Source: an uncultured Phycisphaerales bacterium (lineage in GTDB: Bacteria > Planctomycetota > Phycisphaerae > Sedimentisphaerales > Anaerobacaceae). From it: 64,000 nt of DNA. Of the stretch, positions 23,948 through 34,993 are shown piece after piece; positions within the stretch are counted from its first letter, which is position 1; every line of letters starts with the position of its first letter. The stretch spans positions 128,001 to 192,000 of the forward strand of contig CAVYYI010000004.1 in assembly GCA_963772725.1 (NCBI GenBank), given 5' to 3'. A program made the translations under genes and the position numbers. The notes below the pieces were generated by a model. That model worked only from the letters and a program-made list of their open reading frames with translations, was not told the origin of the DNA and did not search any database.

Positions 23948-25376
23948 TTGTTTGAATCCCTGACAGAAAAATTTAATTCGGTGTTCCGGTCGCTGTCCGG
24001 CAGAGGCAGGATTACGGAGGCTAACGTTTCGGATGCTATGCACGAGGTGCGGAAAGCCCTTCTGGAAGCCGACGTTAACTATCAGTGTAGCAAAGCAGTT
24101 CTGTAAAGATGTAGTGCAGGCGGCGGTGGTGCGCGGAGGTTATAAAAAGTCTTCATCCCGGGCAGGTGATGGTCAAGATCGTTCACGATGAACTGACCAA
24201 ACTGATGGGGCCAGTGGACAGCAATATATACTTTGTATCGCCTGGGCCGACGATAATAATGCTGGCGGGTCTTCAGGGCGGCGGTAAAACGACGACGGCA
24301 GGAAAATTAGCCAAATACCTCGTTTCCAAGGGGAAAAAGCCTTTACTGGTGGCGGACGACCTTCAGAGGCCTGCGGCTATCGACCAGTTGAAGGTTCTTG
24401 GCGAGCAGTTGGAAATCAGTGTTTACAGTGAGGACACCAAGGACGCGGTTAAGGTTGCTCAAAACGCTGTTAATTACGCTAAAAGCAATGGTTTTGATGT
24501 TGTTGTACTTGATACGGCGGGCCGGCTTCATATCGATGAAGAGATGATGAACGAGATTGCGAACGTCGCCAAGGCGGTGACGCCGCACCAGATATATCTT
24601 ATTTGCGACGCGATGACAGGCCAGGACGCGGTCAATTCAGCCAAGGAATTTAACCAAAGGCTGGAACTGGACGGCGTTATCCTGACGAAGCTCGACGGCG
24701 ACGCACGAGGCGGCGCGGCGCTGAGCGTTAAGGCTGTGACGGGCAAGCCTATTAAGTTTATCGGCGTGGGTGAAAAGCTGGATAAACTCGAGGAATTTCA
24801 TCCGGACCGGATGGCGGGCAGGATTCTGGGGATGGGCGACGTGGTGACGCTGGTCGAAAAGGCCCAGGAGCAATTCGACGCGGTTGAGGCGGAGAAGCTG
24901 CAAAACAAGATGGCCAAGGGTAGTTTCGATTTCGACGACTTTTTGAAGCAGATGCAGGCCGTCAAGAAGATGGGCGGGATAGAGGATATGCTCAAGATGA
25001 TGCCGGGGATGGGCAGTCAGCTTGGGGATTTGGATGTTGATGATAGGGAAATCAAGCGGATGGAAGGAATTGTGCATTCGATGACGCGCGTGGAGAGGCG
25101 GGACCCGGATGTTATAGATTCATCGAGGAGGAGGCGAATAGCGGGTGGCGCGGGTGTGCAGCCGCAGGATGTCGCCGGGTTGGTCAAGACGTTTACGCGG
25201 AGTCGGGATATGCTCAAGGGGCTTAGCGGCGGTAAGCTGGGCGGGCTTAAAAGCCTGTTCTCTGGCGGATTCGATATGTCGAGCCTTGGGGTGCGATGTC
25301 GGCGGGCAGGAAAATAAAACAGCGGTCGCACCGCAAGAGGGTCATAAAACGGAAAGGGAAAATAGAACGACGATAA
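23948..25376 (+). CDS. ffh: Signal recognition particle protein Ffh (indels near 24.1 and 25.29 kb)
   Basis: [42 protein letters not shown] domain. Confidence 0.97.
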
Positions 25377-25754
25377 AACCGAAAATCACGATAGAGCAGT
25401 ATCTGAAAGGATGCAGCCAGATTTGTGGGCAGCGACTATGGTAAACTTGTGCGCAGTCAGTTTGCCGACGTCGAGGGGAACAGCGAACTGGCGATGCTTG
25501 TCGTTCCGAGCAGGGAGGAACTGGCGGAACTTGAGAAGGCGGTGGCGATAATGACGCCGGAAGAAAAGACCAACGCCGATAAGCTTAGCGATGAACAGAT
25601 ACAGAAAATAGCGGCGGACGCCAAGGTGGATCCGGCGAATTTAGCGATTTTTTTTAATGGCTACGCGATGAAGATGCAGACGGGTTTAGACAGTAAGGTA
25701 GGGTTATGCCCCCACCCTACAAAAAATGAGGTGAGATTGGAAAAATTGTGTTAA
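25373..25754 (+). CDS. Small protein resembling a degenerate Ffh M domain; start uncertain, probable indel near 25427
   Basis: Gap-free manual alignment to the adjacent Ffh M domain. Confidence 0.55.
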
Positions 25755-25867
25755 TTCGTGTTCATTTGTGGTTAAATCACGGTTTTGTCAAAAAGTAAAC
25801 GCGTTTCGTGAGAGCATAGGGCTTTTCACGAAAATTAATCATAGAAAGTTTAGAAAGGAAAAAAATT

Positions 25868-26257
25868 ATGGCAGTAAAATTGAGAATGACAAGAATCGGG
25901 AGGCGTCATCGTCCTTTTTTCAGGATAAACGCGGTAGATTCACGTACGCCGCGAGATGGTAAAATCCTTGAAAAGCTGGGACATTACGACCCCATCGAGA
26001 AAAACAAAGATAAGCAGGTCGTGCTTGACCTTGAGCGGGTCAAGTACTGGCTTGATAAAGGTGCGATTCCATCGGATACGATTTCGGAACTTCTGCTGCG
26101 CAAGGGCATAAAGCATAAATACGCTGAAGAGAAAACGGCGCGGATAGCAAAGGCAAGGGCGAACGTTCGCGCGAAGGGCCTTCCGTTCAAGAAATCGGAA
26201 AAGCTTGCGGCCGCAGCAGAGAAAAAAGATGAAAAGGCCGACGAGAAGAAAGCATAA
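25868..26257 (+). CDS. rpsP: 30S ribosomal protein S16
   Basis: MAVKLRMTRIGRRHRPFFRI..DSR..RDG. Confidence 0.97.
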   Translation: MAVKLRMTRIGRRHRPFFRINAVDSRTPRDGKILEKLGHYDPIEKNKDKQVVLDLERVKYWLDKGAIPSDTISELLLRKGIKHKYAEEKTARIAKARANVRAKGLPFKKSEKLAAAAEKKDEKADEKKA

Positions 26258-26281
26258 AAATCCGGAATGGAAAAGGTGGTA

Positions 26282-26980
26282 ATGAGAATTGATGTTCTTA
26301 CACTTTTTCCCGAGATGTTTGAGACACCACTGAGTTATTCGATATTGAAACGGGCTCAGCAGGCTGGTGTGGTTGAGATAGCTTTGACGAACATTCGGGA
26401 TTTTGCCGCGGACAGCTACAAAAAAGTTGACGATAAACCTTATGGCGGCGGGCCGGGTATGGTAATGATGCCCGGCCCCGTCTTTAACTGCTTCGAACAC
26501 GTCGAAAAATTGTCCGAAGAAAAAGGCAGAGTTATTCTGCTTACACCTCAGGGGCAAAAATTCACACAGGCCAAGGCGACCGAATTAAGCAGGGAAAAAC
26601 GGCTGATTTTAATCGCGGGGCGATACGAGGGTTTTGATGAGCGAATCCGCGGGGGGTTGAATGCTGAGCAGATTTCCATCGGGGATTATGTTCTCAGCGG
26701 GGGCGAATTGCCTGCAATGGTGGTTATCGACGCGGTTGTCAGGCTTCTGGCGGGCGCACTGGGGGATGATGTTTCATCGGTTGATGAATCGTTCAGCGGC
26801 AGGCTGCTCGAATATCCGCAATATACAAGGCCGGAGATTTTTCGCGGGATGAAGGTACCGGAGATTTTGCTTAGCGGCGACCACGGGAAAATTGCCAAGT
26901 GGCGGAAAGAGCAATCGCTCGAACGGACGAAAAAATGGCGTCCCGACTTGCTTGACGGCAATGAAACCGGGAATTTATAA
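26282..26980 (+). CDS. trmD: tRNA (guanine37-N1)-methyltransferase
   Basis: [35 protein letters not shown]. Confidence 0.97.
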   Translation: MRIDVLTLFPEMFETPLSYSILKRAQQAGVVEIALTNIRDFAADSYKKVDDKPYGGGPGMVMMPGPVFNCFEHVEKLSEEKGRVILLTPQGQKFTQAKATELSREKRLILIAGRYEGFDERIRGGLNAEQISIGDYVLSGGELPAMVVIDAVVRLLAGALGDDVSSVDESFSGRLLEYPQYTRPEIFRGMKVPEILLSGDHGKIAKWRKEQSLERTKKWRPDLLDGNETGNL

Positions 26981-26989
26981 GGAGATGAA

Positions 26990-27079
26990 ATGGCGACTTT
27001 TACAAGGCGGGATTTTATAAAAGCCGCTGGTATTACAGCTTTTTCGGCGGCGGTGCCGGGATGTTTTATAGCAATTTAA
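26990..27079 (+). pseudogene. Orphan Tat/lipoprotein signal-peptide remnant (29 aa)
   Basis: AAGGAG RBS; MATFTRRDFIKAAGITAFSAAVPGCFIAI*. Confidence 0.6.
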
Positions 27080-27262
27080 GTTTTTATTAAATTTTTTCCA
27101 GTTTTTTAAAACACAAAGGCCTTATGGGACGTATAATGAACAACTGATGTGCTTATAACAGCAACCGTGCGGATTGTACCGCTCATATTCAATCTTCACG
27201 GATTTTATGACGAAAACAAATATGAATCGTATTGTATTTGTATTAGTTGAGAGGATAGAAAA

Positions 27263-27844
27263 ATGGCAAAAGGAAAAAATGTATTTACTACGGGTGATGT
27301 GGCAAAAATCTGTAATGTTGCGCCAAGAACGGTCTCTAAATGGTTTGACGCTGGTCATCTGAAAGGTTACCGGATACCGGGGAGCAAAGACAGACGCATC
27401 CCCATCAGCGAACTTGTCCGCTTTATGAAGGCTCATGAAATCCCTCTGTCTTCGCTTCAGTTGAGCCGCAAGATTCGCGTTCTCATCGTTGACAGCGATA
27501 AAAACAGTGCATCGGCCCTTTCCAAACGGCTGTTAAACAAAACCGATTATGATGTTCAGACCGTTGGCACAAATTTTGAGACCGGTGTTGTCGCTATGCA
27601 ATTCTCGCCGCACGTAATGCTTGTTAATCTTTCGGCTAAAGACATTGATGGCGAGGGAATCTGCGAAGCGATTCATAAAAATCCGGACTTTGCTACCATA
27701 AAAATCATTGCGATTGCTGACAATTTAAGCGGTCAGCAGACTGATGCTCTGCTGCGAAAAGGCTTCGAGTCTGTTGTTGGCGGTACATCTGAGATTGCCG
27801 AGATAATCAAGCAAATCGAGCAGGCCACGGCTATTGTCTATTAG
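27263..27844 (+). CDS. HTH + receiver-domain regulator
   Basis: FTTGDVAKICNVAPRTVSKWFD HTH; VLIVD receiver fold. Confidence 0.85.
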   Translation: MAKGKNVFTTGDVAKICNVAPRTVSKWFDAGHLKGYRIPGSKDRRIPISELVRFMKAHEIPLSSLQLSRKIRVLIVDSDKNSASALSKRLLNKTDYDVQTVGTNFETGVVAMQFSPHVMLVNLSAKDIDGEGICEAIHKNPDFATIKIIAIADNLSGQQTDALLRKGFESVVGGTSEIAEIIKQIEQATAIVY

Positions 27845-27990
27845 TTAACGGGTGTTGTAAACTTCAGCTTTCATCGAGCAGGCGGAAGATACGCCGATTG
27901 CGCACGGGGCATTTCGTTCAATTCTGTTGTCGCTGCGGTTAATAACTTGACAAACCGACCGCGCCAACGTTTTAATAGCAGTATATTTTA

Positions 27991-28064
27991 GGGCGCTTAG
28001 CTCAGTTGGTTAGAGCGCACGGATCACACCCGTGAGGTCGAGGGTTCGAATCCCCCATCGCCCA
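27991..28064 (+). tRNA. tRNA-Val(CAC), CCA not encoded; probable integration site
   Basis: CACGG-AT-CAC-AC-CCGTG anticodon arm; TTCGAAT T-loop. Confidence 0.93.
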
Positions 28065-28069
28065 TATAC

Positions 28070-28106
28070 ATAAAGCCTTGCAAATCAATGACTTGCAAGG
28101 CTTTAT
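28070..28106. terminator. 14-bp inverted repeat after the tRNA
   Basis: ATAAAGCCTTGCAA-N9-TTGCAAGGCTTTAT followed by a T run. Confidence 0.7.
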
Positions 28107-28158
28107 TTTTGGCATTTTGAATATTAGCTAATTAATTCGAATTATTTTTAGACAGTAT

Positions 28159-28440
28159 TTAGACAGTATTTTCATAACTCCTTATTTTTTCGATTTTTCT
28201 TGGTCGCCCGGGAGTTCGTCTTTTTTCGCCGTTTGTTATCACATACTCCAAGTCAGATTTGCTGAATGCGAGAAACCTCCCAATCTTTCTCGGTTTGAGT
28301 ATCCCCTTCCTGACCATTCTGTAGATAGCTTGTTCCGGATGTGCGAGACCTAACCGGTCAAGACCAAGATAGATAATAGCCTCATCCATCCACAGGATGG
28401 GTGCCCTTTCAATTTGTTTTTCTTTTTCAGTACTATTCAT
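28159..28440 (-). CDS. Excisionase-like HTH protein
   Basis: DEAIIYLG..IYRMVRKGILKPRKIGRFLAFSKSDL. Confidence 0.7.
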   Translation of the reverse strand: MNSTEKEKQIERAPILWMDEAIIYLGLDRLGLAHPEQAIYRMVRKGILKPRKIGRFLAFSKSDLEYVITNGEKRRTPGRPRKIEKIRSYENTV

Positions 28441-28477
28441 CAGATACTCTGACTCATATTAAAAATAGGCGAGGTCG

Positions 28478-30764
28478 TTACCCACATTTACTGAATCCAC
28501 AATTATCACAGACATTGCAACCTGCCTCTCTTCGTAGTTGAGAATTACATTCGGGACATCTTCGTATAAAAGTTTCCGCCGCTGATACGAAGCCATTACC
28601 CAGAGCTTCTTCCAAAGCTCTGGCAATTGCATCAGGGCAGGAAAGTGCATCGATATCTTTGTTTAGGCTTTTACGTGCAACAGTTGACAGACACCTTCTG
28701 CCTTTAAGCTGCTCTATTAAAATCTCTGGTTTTATTCCGCTTCGTAAGGCAATCGATAGCACACGAGCAGTTGCTTCGCTTTGCGAAGGGCATCCTGCGT
28801 TGCCAAGGTTAGTAAATACTTCAAAGAGTCCTTTGTCGTCTCTGTTCAATGTAATAAAAAGGCTGCCGCAGCCTGTCTTTGCCTTTATGGTAGTTCCAGT
28901 GGTTTTCCTTGGTCGAGCACGCGGTGAGCCTGTGTTTGCAGCAGGTGAGTCAGGTAGTTCATTGACTGCTGACATTACCTGTTTTTCACGACATCCATCG
29001 CGGTAGATTGTGTTTCCCTTACATCTGAGGTCGTATGCAAGCTGAAAAATCTTATCAACATCGTCAACAGTCGCATCATGTGGCAAGTTAACTGTTTTCG
29101 AGACGGCGTTATCTACATTCTCCTGGAATGCTGCCTGGATTTTTACATGCCATTCGGGGGCGATCTGGTGGGCTGTTACTAAAATGTCGGCCAGTTCTTC
29201 TGGAATTTCAGGTATCTGGCTTATGTTCTCTCCTGCCAATAGTTTCGTTTTGACTCTTTCCTCAAGCCAGCCCTGTTCCGTACCCAGCATTTCGAGTAAT
29301 GGATGAATCTGAACGAATTCGACACCGTCAAGAGCTCTTCGTTTGTACGCAAAGCTAAATACCGGTTCTATGCCGCTTGAGCATTTTGCTATGATACTTA
29401 TACTTCCCGTAGGCGCTATCGTGGTACAGGTGGCATTTCTCATTGGGCGTTTATACTTGGTGTCCCAGATGCTTCCTTTCCAATTAGGAAAGGAGCATCT
29501 TTCTTCGGCGAACTGCTGACTTGCGTTATGGGCATGTTCGTTGATAAATCTGCTTAATTTTCGAGCAAACTCAACGGCTTCATTGCTATCATATCTTATG
29601 CCAAGAAGGATAAGGACATCGGCAAATCCCATGATACCAAGACCGATTTTGCGATTGCCAAGTGTCATCTGTTTTATCTTCTCAACCGGCCAGTAATTTG
29701 CGGCATCAATGACGTTATCCAGAAACTTTACCGCTAAAACTATAACTTCAGATAACTTTTCCCAGTCAAGATCGCTGCTATCGGTAAGTACGAACTTCGA
29801 TACATTTATAGAGCCAGATTGCAGGCTTCATAGTCCAGCAGAGGTTGCTCTCCGCACGGGTTAGTAGCATCTATTTTTCCAAGGGCAGGTGTCGGGTTGT
29901 CTTCATTTACCCTATCAATAAAACAGATTCCCGGTTCACCTGTTGCGTGAGCATTTCTGACGATAAGATTCCAGATGTCCCTGACGGTAAAACAATTTTC
30001 CCTGTTTCCATCAGCATCCCTTAAATCCTGAATGGAATATGAGTTCAGATCGATATCTTTGGGGATGATATATCTTTTCTTATTCCGAGGATTGGTGACG
30101 ATATGTACGGTGTCGGGGGCATTTCGAAAAGTATCTATAAAAACATCGGTGACCTTAATGGATATGTTGAAGTTGTTGAAGGCGTCTTTTTGCTGTTTGG
30201 CATTGATGAACTTCAAGATGTCAGGGTATCCACGCTCATCATTGCCATATTTGCACCACGTCTATGGGCACCCTGCTGAATTGCCGTGGTGGTCTCGGCG
30301 ATCACCTTCCAGAAACTCACAGGACCGCTGGTACTGCCGCCGCTTGAGGCAACGATATCTCCGGTAGGCCTTAGTCTGTCAAAGGCAAAACCTGTTCCGC
30401 CTCCTGCCTTCTGAATCTGTGCGGTATTCTTCACTGTCTCGAATATTTCAGCGATACTGTCGTTTACCGGCAGGACAAAACAGGCACTGAGCATGGCATT
30501 TTCTCTTGCTGCGTTCATCAGTGTAGGGCTATTGGGCAGGAACTGTCCCTTTGCCATCAAATCATAGAACTCGGATGCCAACTCGTTCACTTCAGTTTCA
30601 GATGCTCTGTATTTTTTATTAACCGCTGCAATAAACTTCGCTACACGCCAGTACAACTGGTCTGGTGTCTCGATAATGTTGCCATTTGCATCCTTCATTA
30701 CATATCTGCTTTTCAGTACCTCAGCGGCAAGATCATGATTATTTTTATTTACTGTTATAGTCAT
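28478..30764 (-). CDS. nrdJ: Class II (B12-dependent) ribonucleotide reductase with TSCPD and zinc-ribbon C-terminus; two frameshifts
   Basis: PNSPTLMNA, SACFV, RRGANM, ATNPCGEQPL, TIAPTGSIS, SKTVN. Confidence 0.92.
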
Positions 30765-30768
30765 CTGA

Positions 30769-31773
30769 TTATCCTCCGTTTTTACGTGAAGCCAAATGAC
30801 AGTTATTGTCACAGAAACTCGCTATTACCGCCTCTTCACATCCGCAGCCTCTATAGTCATTCTGGTAGGCATATTCCGCCTGTGACTTGATTTCCTTGTC
30901 GGTGATTATGCGTTTGCCATCTTTGGGCCTGTTTTTCTGTGCCCATGCTGTAAGAGTTGTTATTACCAGATCCAAAGGTAGTCCTGTTTTTTTAAGATGA
31001 ATGGCTAATCTGAAAGTACAGACTCTTTGATCGAATGTAACCCCTTCAGTTAATATCTTTCTTATACATGGAGGCAGGCCAAAAGAAGGTTCCGGCGTAT
31101 CATGGCTGGTGTCCTCGGGTTTTTTGGGGGCAGGCTCTGTATTATTTATTTCGAGACCGCAGCTTTGGATAATGGCATCTAAACGGATGGAAGGAACTCT
31201 CTGGACTCTCTGCAGAAGCTCCCACTGGTCCTCGCAAACTTTGACAGGCTCGCCCGGCTCAACAAATACGGTTCTGCCTTTCGGAACAAGTTTGCCAAAT
31301 AAGGGTGCGTTTATGAAATTGCCATAAGAGAGATTATTCAAGCAGTCCTGTTTGGGAAAAATCTCGGTATTGGGTTTTCCCATATCGGCAAGTATCTTTC
31401 TGGCGACGATTCTTGCCTTTTTTGCCTCTACCGGACATTCAAAGAACAGCCACACATGAAAGCCTTTGGATTTGCTGCGTTCTATATATGAGAACATCCC
31501 AAAACGTTTGGCGCCTGCGACAAAGGCTATAGGCAGAGCCAGTTCATCCTCGTCGAAATCCACCGCCAGGGCTTTTGTGTTATCGCCTGTAAGAAGATAA
31601 ATGCCATAAGGCTGAATTCCCCTCAGATGTGCCAGTATAACCTCGTCTGTTACTGGCTCTTTGGCTTGTCTTACCGTACCGGTATCAGGGTCATAAGTTC
31701 CGTAGACATTGTCAAGGCCTGTAAAAAAGCTCTTGTATAGTCTTATCTTCTCAACCGTGTTTAAATTTGACAT
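30769..31773 (-). CDS. Archaeo-eukaryotic primase (AEP) with a PriL-like Cys-rich C-terminal domain
   Basis: AVDFD, ERSKSKGFHVW, EIFPKQ, GNFINAPL; LPPCI..GCGC..FC. Confidence 0.8.
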   Translation of the reverse strand: MSNLNTVEKIRLYKSFFTGLDNVYGTYDPDTGTVRQAKEPVTDEVILAHLRGIQPYGIYLLTGDNTKALAVDFDEDELALPIAFVAGAKRFGMFSYIERSKSKGFHVWLFFECPVEAKKARIVARKILADMGKPNTEIFPKQDCLNNLSYGNFINAPLFGKLVPKGRTVFVEPGEPVKVCEDQWELLQRVQRVPSIRLDAIIQSCGLEINNTEPAPKKPEDTSHDTPEPSFGLPPCIRKILTEGVTFDQRVCTFRLAIHLKKTGLPLDLVITTLTAWAQKNRPKDGKRIITDKEIKSQAEYAYQNDYRGCGCEEAVIASFCDNNCHLASRKNGG

Positions 31774-31863
31774 TGAACCTGCTCCTATAGTTTTATCTGC
31801 TATTTCCTGTTTTCACAGAAATAGCGGATAAGATCGGAGACAAGTTTCAGGAAGAAGGTTTTT

Positions 31864-32469
31864 TTATAGCGAATCTATGGTTTGCTGCAATATGGAAGTG
31901 GTGTTGACAATGTTGCTCAATAGATAAGGAATTTCATCTACCAGTTGTGTAGGAGGGTAGTTTTGAAGAGCTGGTATCAGGTGTGGTTTATATTTGGCAA
32001 GTAAAAATTCGACTATCCGGCATCTAAGATGCCAGTCGCTTATATCGATGTTTGTTTTGAAAATGCCGCTGATATATTTTTCTCGCTCCGCTGTTTTTAT
32101 AATCTCTGCCATGCGGTGAAGGACTATCTTTAGATCATCTTCTTTACCGTTTGCTGCATCCAGTATCGCGGCAGTGAATCCGTTCGAGAAGTTACCCTGG
32201 TAGTATCTGTCCAGCAGGGATATCGTAAACGGCAGGAAGTCCTCTTGGGTAAAGCCGGATTTGAGGCCTTCTTTATAAATATGTGCAGCAAAATCCGAAA
32301 GTATTTTCTGTATCTGCCGGTGATCAATATGTTCTTTATTTTCATACTTAAAATTCTGTACAGCTTTATCAATAGGCTCATCTATCAACCTTTTCAGAAC
32401 TCTTTCATCGAGCCTGTCCATTATAGCTTCGATTATTTCCTGCGGCTGTTTAGAAGGCTGTGAACTCAT
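31864..32469 (-). CDS. Hypothetical helical protein
   Basis: AGGGGG RBS before MSSQ. Confidence 0.6.
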   Translation of the reverse strand: MSSQPSKQPQEIIEAIMDRLDERVLKRLIDEPIDKAVQNFKYENKEHIDHRQIQKILSDFAAHIYKEGLKSGFTQEDFLPFTISLLDRYYQGNFSNGFTAAILDAANGKEDDLKIVLHRMAEIIKTAEREKYISGIFKTNIDISDWHLRCRIVEFLLAKYKPHLIPALQNYPPTQLVDEIPYLLSNIVNTTSILQQTIDSL

Positions 32470-32644
32470 CGAACCCCCTTTTCTTTGCCTTATTTTTAAT
32501 CTGTTCGGGATCGTTTTCGACCAGGTGTCCGGCGTCAATTATAATTTCCCTTCAACGACAGTTATTTTTACCGTTACTTCATAACACTTACCTTAGCTTA
32601 TAGCCTTTAGGAGGTGCCCCCCATGGGGGGCAAAATTTCGGACA

Positions 32645-33409
32645 TTACGTGTCCTTATTTTTCCGTCTCTGAGCTTCCTCAGCTCGGTAGCTCGGTACAT
32701 TCAATTCAAGGATCACACTATGATGTACCAGCCGGTCGATCGCTGCTGCAGTGGTCATCGGATCCTTAAAGATGACTTCCCATTTACTGAACGGCAGATT
32801 GCTGGTAATCAACACGCTGCCACGTTCATAACAATGAGCTAATAAGGTAAACAGCACCTCCATCTCCTCGCGGTTCTGTTTGACATAGCCGAAGTCATCT
32901 ATCATCAATGCCTCGTACTGTGACAGCTTCTTGAGCCATTTGTCCAGCTTCAACTCCTGCTTGGCTCGTAATAACTCCTGCAACATCATATCACACGTAG
33001 TAAAGTAAACCTTTTTTCCCTGCCGGGCAAGTTCATGACAGATACCACACAGTAAATGTGTCTTACCGCTGCCGGGTTTGCCAAATGCAAGAATATTCTC
33101 TGTTCTGTCAACAAATGAACCTTCCAAAAGAATTTTGACCTGCTGACGTATCTTCAACGGCATACGTTTAAAATCAAAGTTTGCCATGGTCTTTTCCATA
33201 GGAAGCTTTGAGGCTTTTACCAGCCTTGCGATTTTATTGGCTCTGCGAACATCACACTCACGCTGAGCCAATTCCAATAGATATTGTGAATAACCCATAT
33301 CTTCGGCGATAGCCTTCTGAGCGAACTCGGCGTAATATTCACGGAACATCGGCAGGTGAAGTTCTTTGAGAAGGTTTACAAGCTGATTATCCAGATCATT
33401 TTTACTCAT
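32645..33409 (-). CDS. istB: IS21 ATPase IstB
   Basis: GKPGSGKTH, IDDFGY, AAIDRLVHH. Confidence 0.95.
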   Translation of the reverse strand: MSKNDLDNQLVNLLKELHLPMFREYYAEFAQKAIAEDMGYSQYLLELAQRECDVRRANKIARLVKASKLPMEKTMANFDFKRMPLKIRQQVKILLEGSFVDRTENILAFGKPGSGKTHLLCGICHELARQGKKVYFTTCDMMLQELLRAKQELKLDKWLKKLSQYEALMIDDFGYVKQNREEMEVLFTLLAHCYERGSVLITSNLPFSKWEVIFKDPMTTAAAIDRLVHHSVILELNVPSYRAEEAQRRKNKDT

Positions 33410-34893
33410 ACCAGTAGTGCCTCCGCCGATTCAAGTAGACAGTCATAACTGTTCAGATCAATATCGCCAACACAAACGTCAGTGACATCCGGCGGCTGTT
33501 GTTCGGATTTGACTATTTGTTCTACCATATCAAAATCAATCGCATCTGCATGGTTGATCAGGAACCGCAAAGCTTCATTGACAGATGTCTGGCTTTCGTT
33601 GGCAGCTAATTCAAGAATTTTCAGATACTGCTTATTACCCTGCTTCATCCCATGTTGATCACGCAGGAGATCATATGCGATCCTGAACTGACTTGTGGGA
33701 AACATATCATCTTTATAGCAATAGTTCTCAAACGCCCCGGGTTTGCGAACAAGGGTATCTATAACGTGGCGGTAATTGATGTAATGACCGTTTTCACCGT
33801 GTAATCTGGGCAATACTTCAATTCTTCTTTGAGCATACCAGACTTCGATATGTTCGGCATATATTCGAACGTCAACATTTTCTCCCCTAAGCCTGCTGTG
33901 AACAGAATAGCTGTTCTTAAGAACTCGGACCGTGCAGACCACGACTTACCCTGCATTTATCCCTGGTGAAATCTTCATGCCTGCGGGTTGGCAATTGCCG
34001 CAGAACCTTTAACTCTTCGGCCAAGAGTTTTGTGCGGCCGGTATTGAGTTGGTTGAGCAGCTTTTCAAGAAACATTTCATAATCTTTCCTGCTGTTAAAA
34101 TCTCTGCTTCCTCTAAGGATTAACGCCTGTTCAACAGCTCTCTTTAACCTGTGATGACGCTGCTCATATCGCCGTTTTCATTCGGACAGTGAGGCTGGAT
34201 TTTACAGCTTTGGAAACCATAATGATTCGCAAGACCCTGATAGTTAGCCGTGAATTCCTCAGGATTGCCTACCTTGTTAACCGCACAGGTTAAATTATCA
34301 GTCCTATGATAGCGTGGTATGCCGCCTAACTTCCAGAGGGCATTTTGAATACCGGCACTTAAACTTTCATAGCTTTCTGAAAAACATACCGTGACGGTTT
34401 CCCAGTTCGACAAACACAATACAAAATGGTACAGCATGTGAATAAAAGGTATGCCGCAAATGGTGATACCCAGCTTATTCATCCTGGTAAAGTCTGATTC
34501 GCACCATTGGCCGGGTTTATAGATTTGTGGAAAAAACACTTCCTGAGCCGGACCGGACAAGGCTTTCCATTGTTTTACTCGTCTCTGGAAGGTTCTTAAT
34601 TCGCTGTCCTGGTATTTACCGGGATATTCACGCTGCAGAGCCTCAAAAAGCGATTTAGATTCAAGACCGGAGTTGTTTTTGAGGAATTCTTCAACCCATG
34701 GCCAATCCCCTGCAAAGGCATCCGGATGGGTGGGCCAGTCGTGGATAGCTTGGCATTGGCTGGGCAGCACGCCCGTTTTTAAATACTTGCGGGCGGTTTT
34801 AGTGCTTATACCAGCCTTGTCTGCAAGCTGATATAAGGTCTTGCATTTGTTTTTCATAGCGAACAATCTCCTTACCTGTTTGTCTTTAACCAT
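33406..34893 (-). CDS. istA: IS21 transposase IstA, two compensating indels relative to copy 2
   Basis: Matches 51884..53371 except a 1-nt deletion (~34167), a 1-nt insertion (~33938) and a substitution. Confidence 0.9.
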
Positions 34894-34993
34894 CTGAAAT
34901 CTCCTGACTTAATGAGTTTCAGATAGCATATTCCAACTTTAATTCATCCGGAACTTTTAACTGTCGCCGGAAGGTAAGAATAATTGTCGCTGA

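Noticed and set aside
25684..25720. Third TTTAGACAGTA copy and a GTAGGGT..ACCCTAC palindrome
   Set aside because: Single occurrences outside the island; may be chance or another small repeat family, and cannot be supported from this window.
5249..30764. Mass pseudogenisation or programmed frameshifting in many split genes
   Set aside because: Indels also hit essential ffh, and one of two near-identical istA copies. Sequencing or assembly error is the simpler explanation.
32615..32632. Perfect palindrome TGCCCCCCATGGGGGGCA (also near 54145)
   Set aside because: It is an internal part of the IS21 right end, not an independent element.
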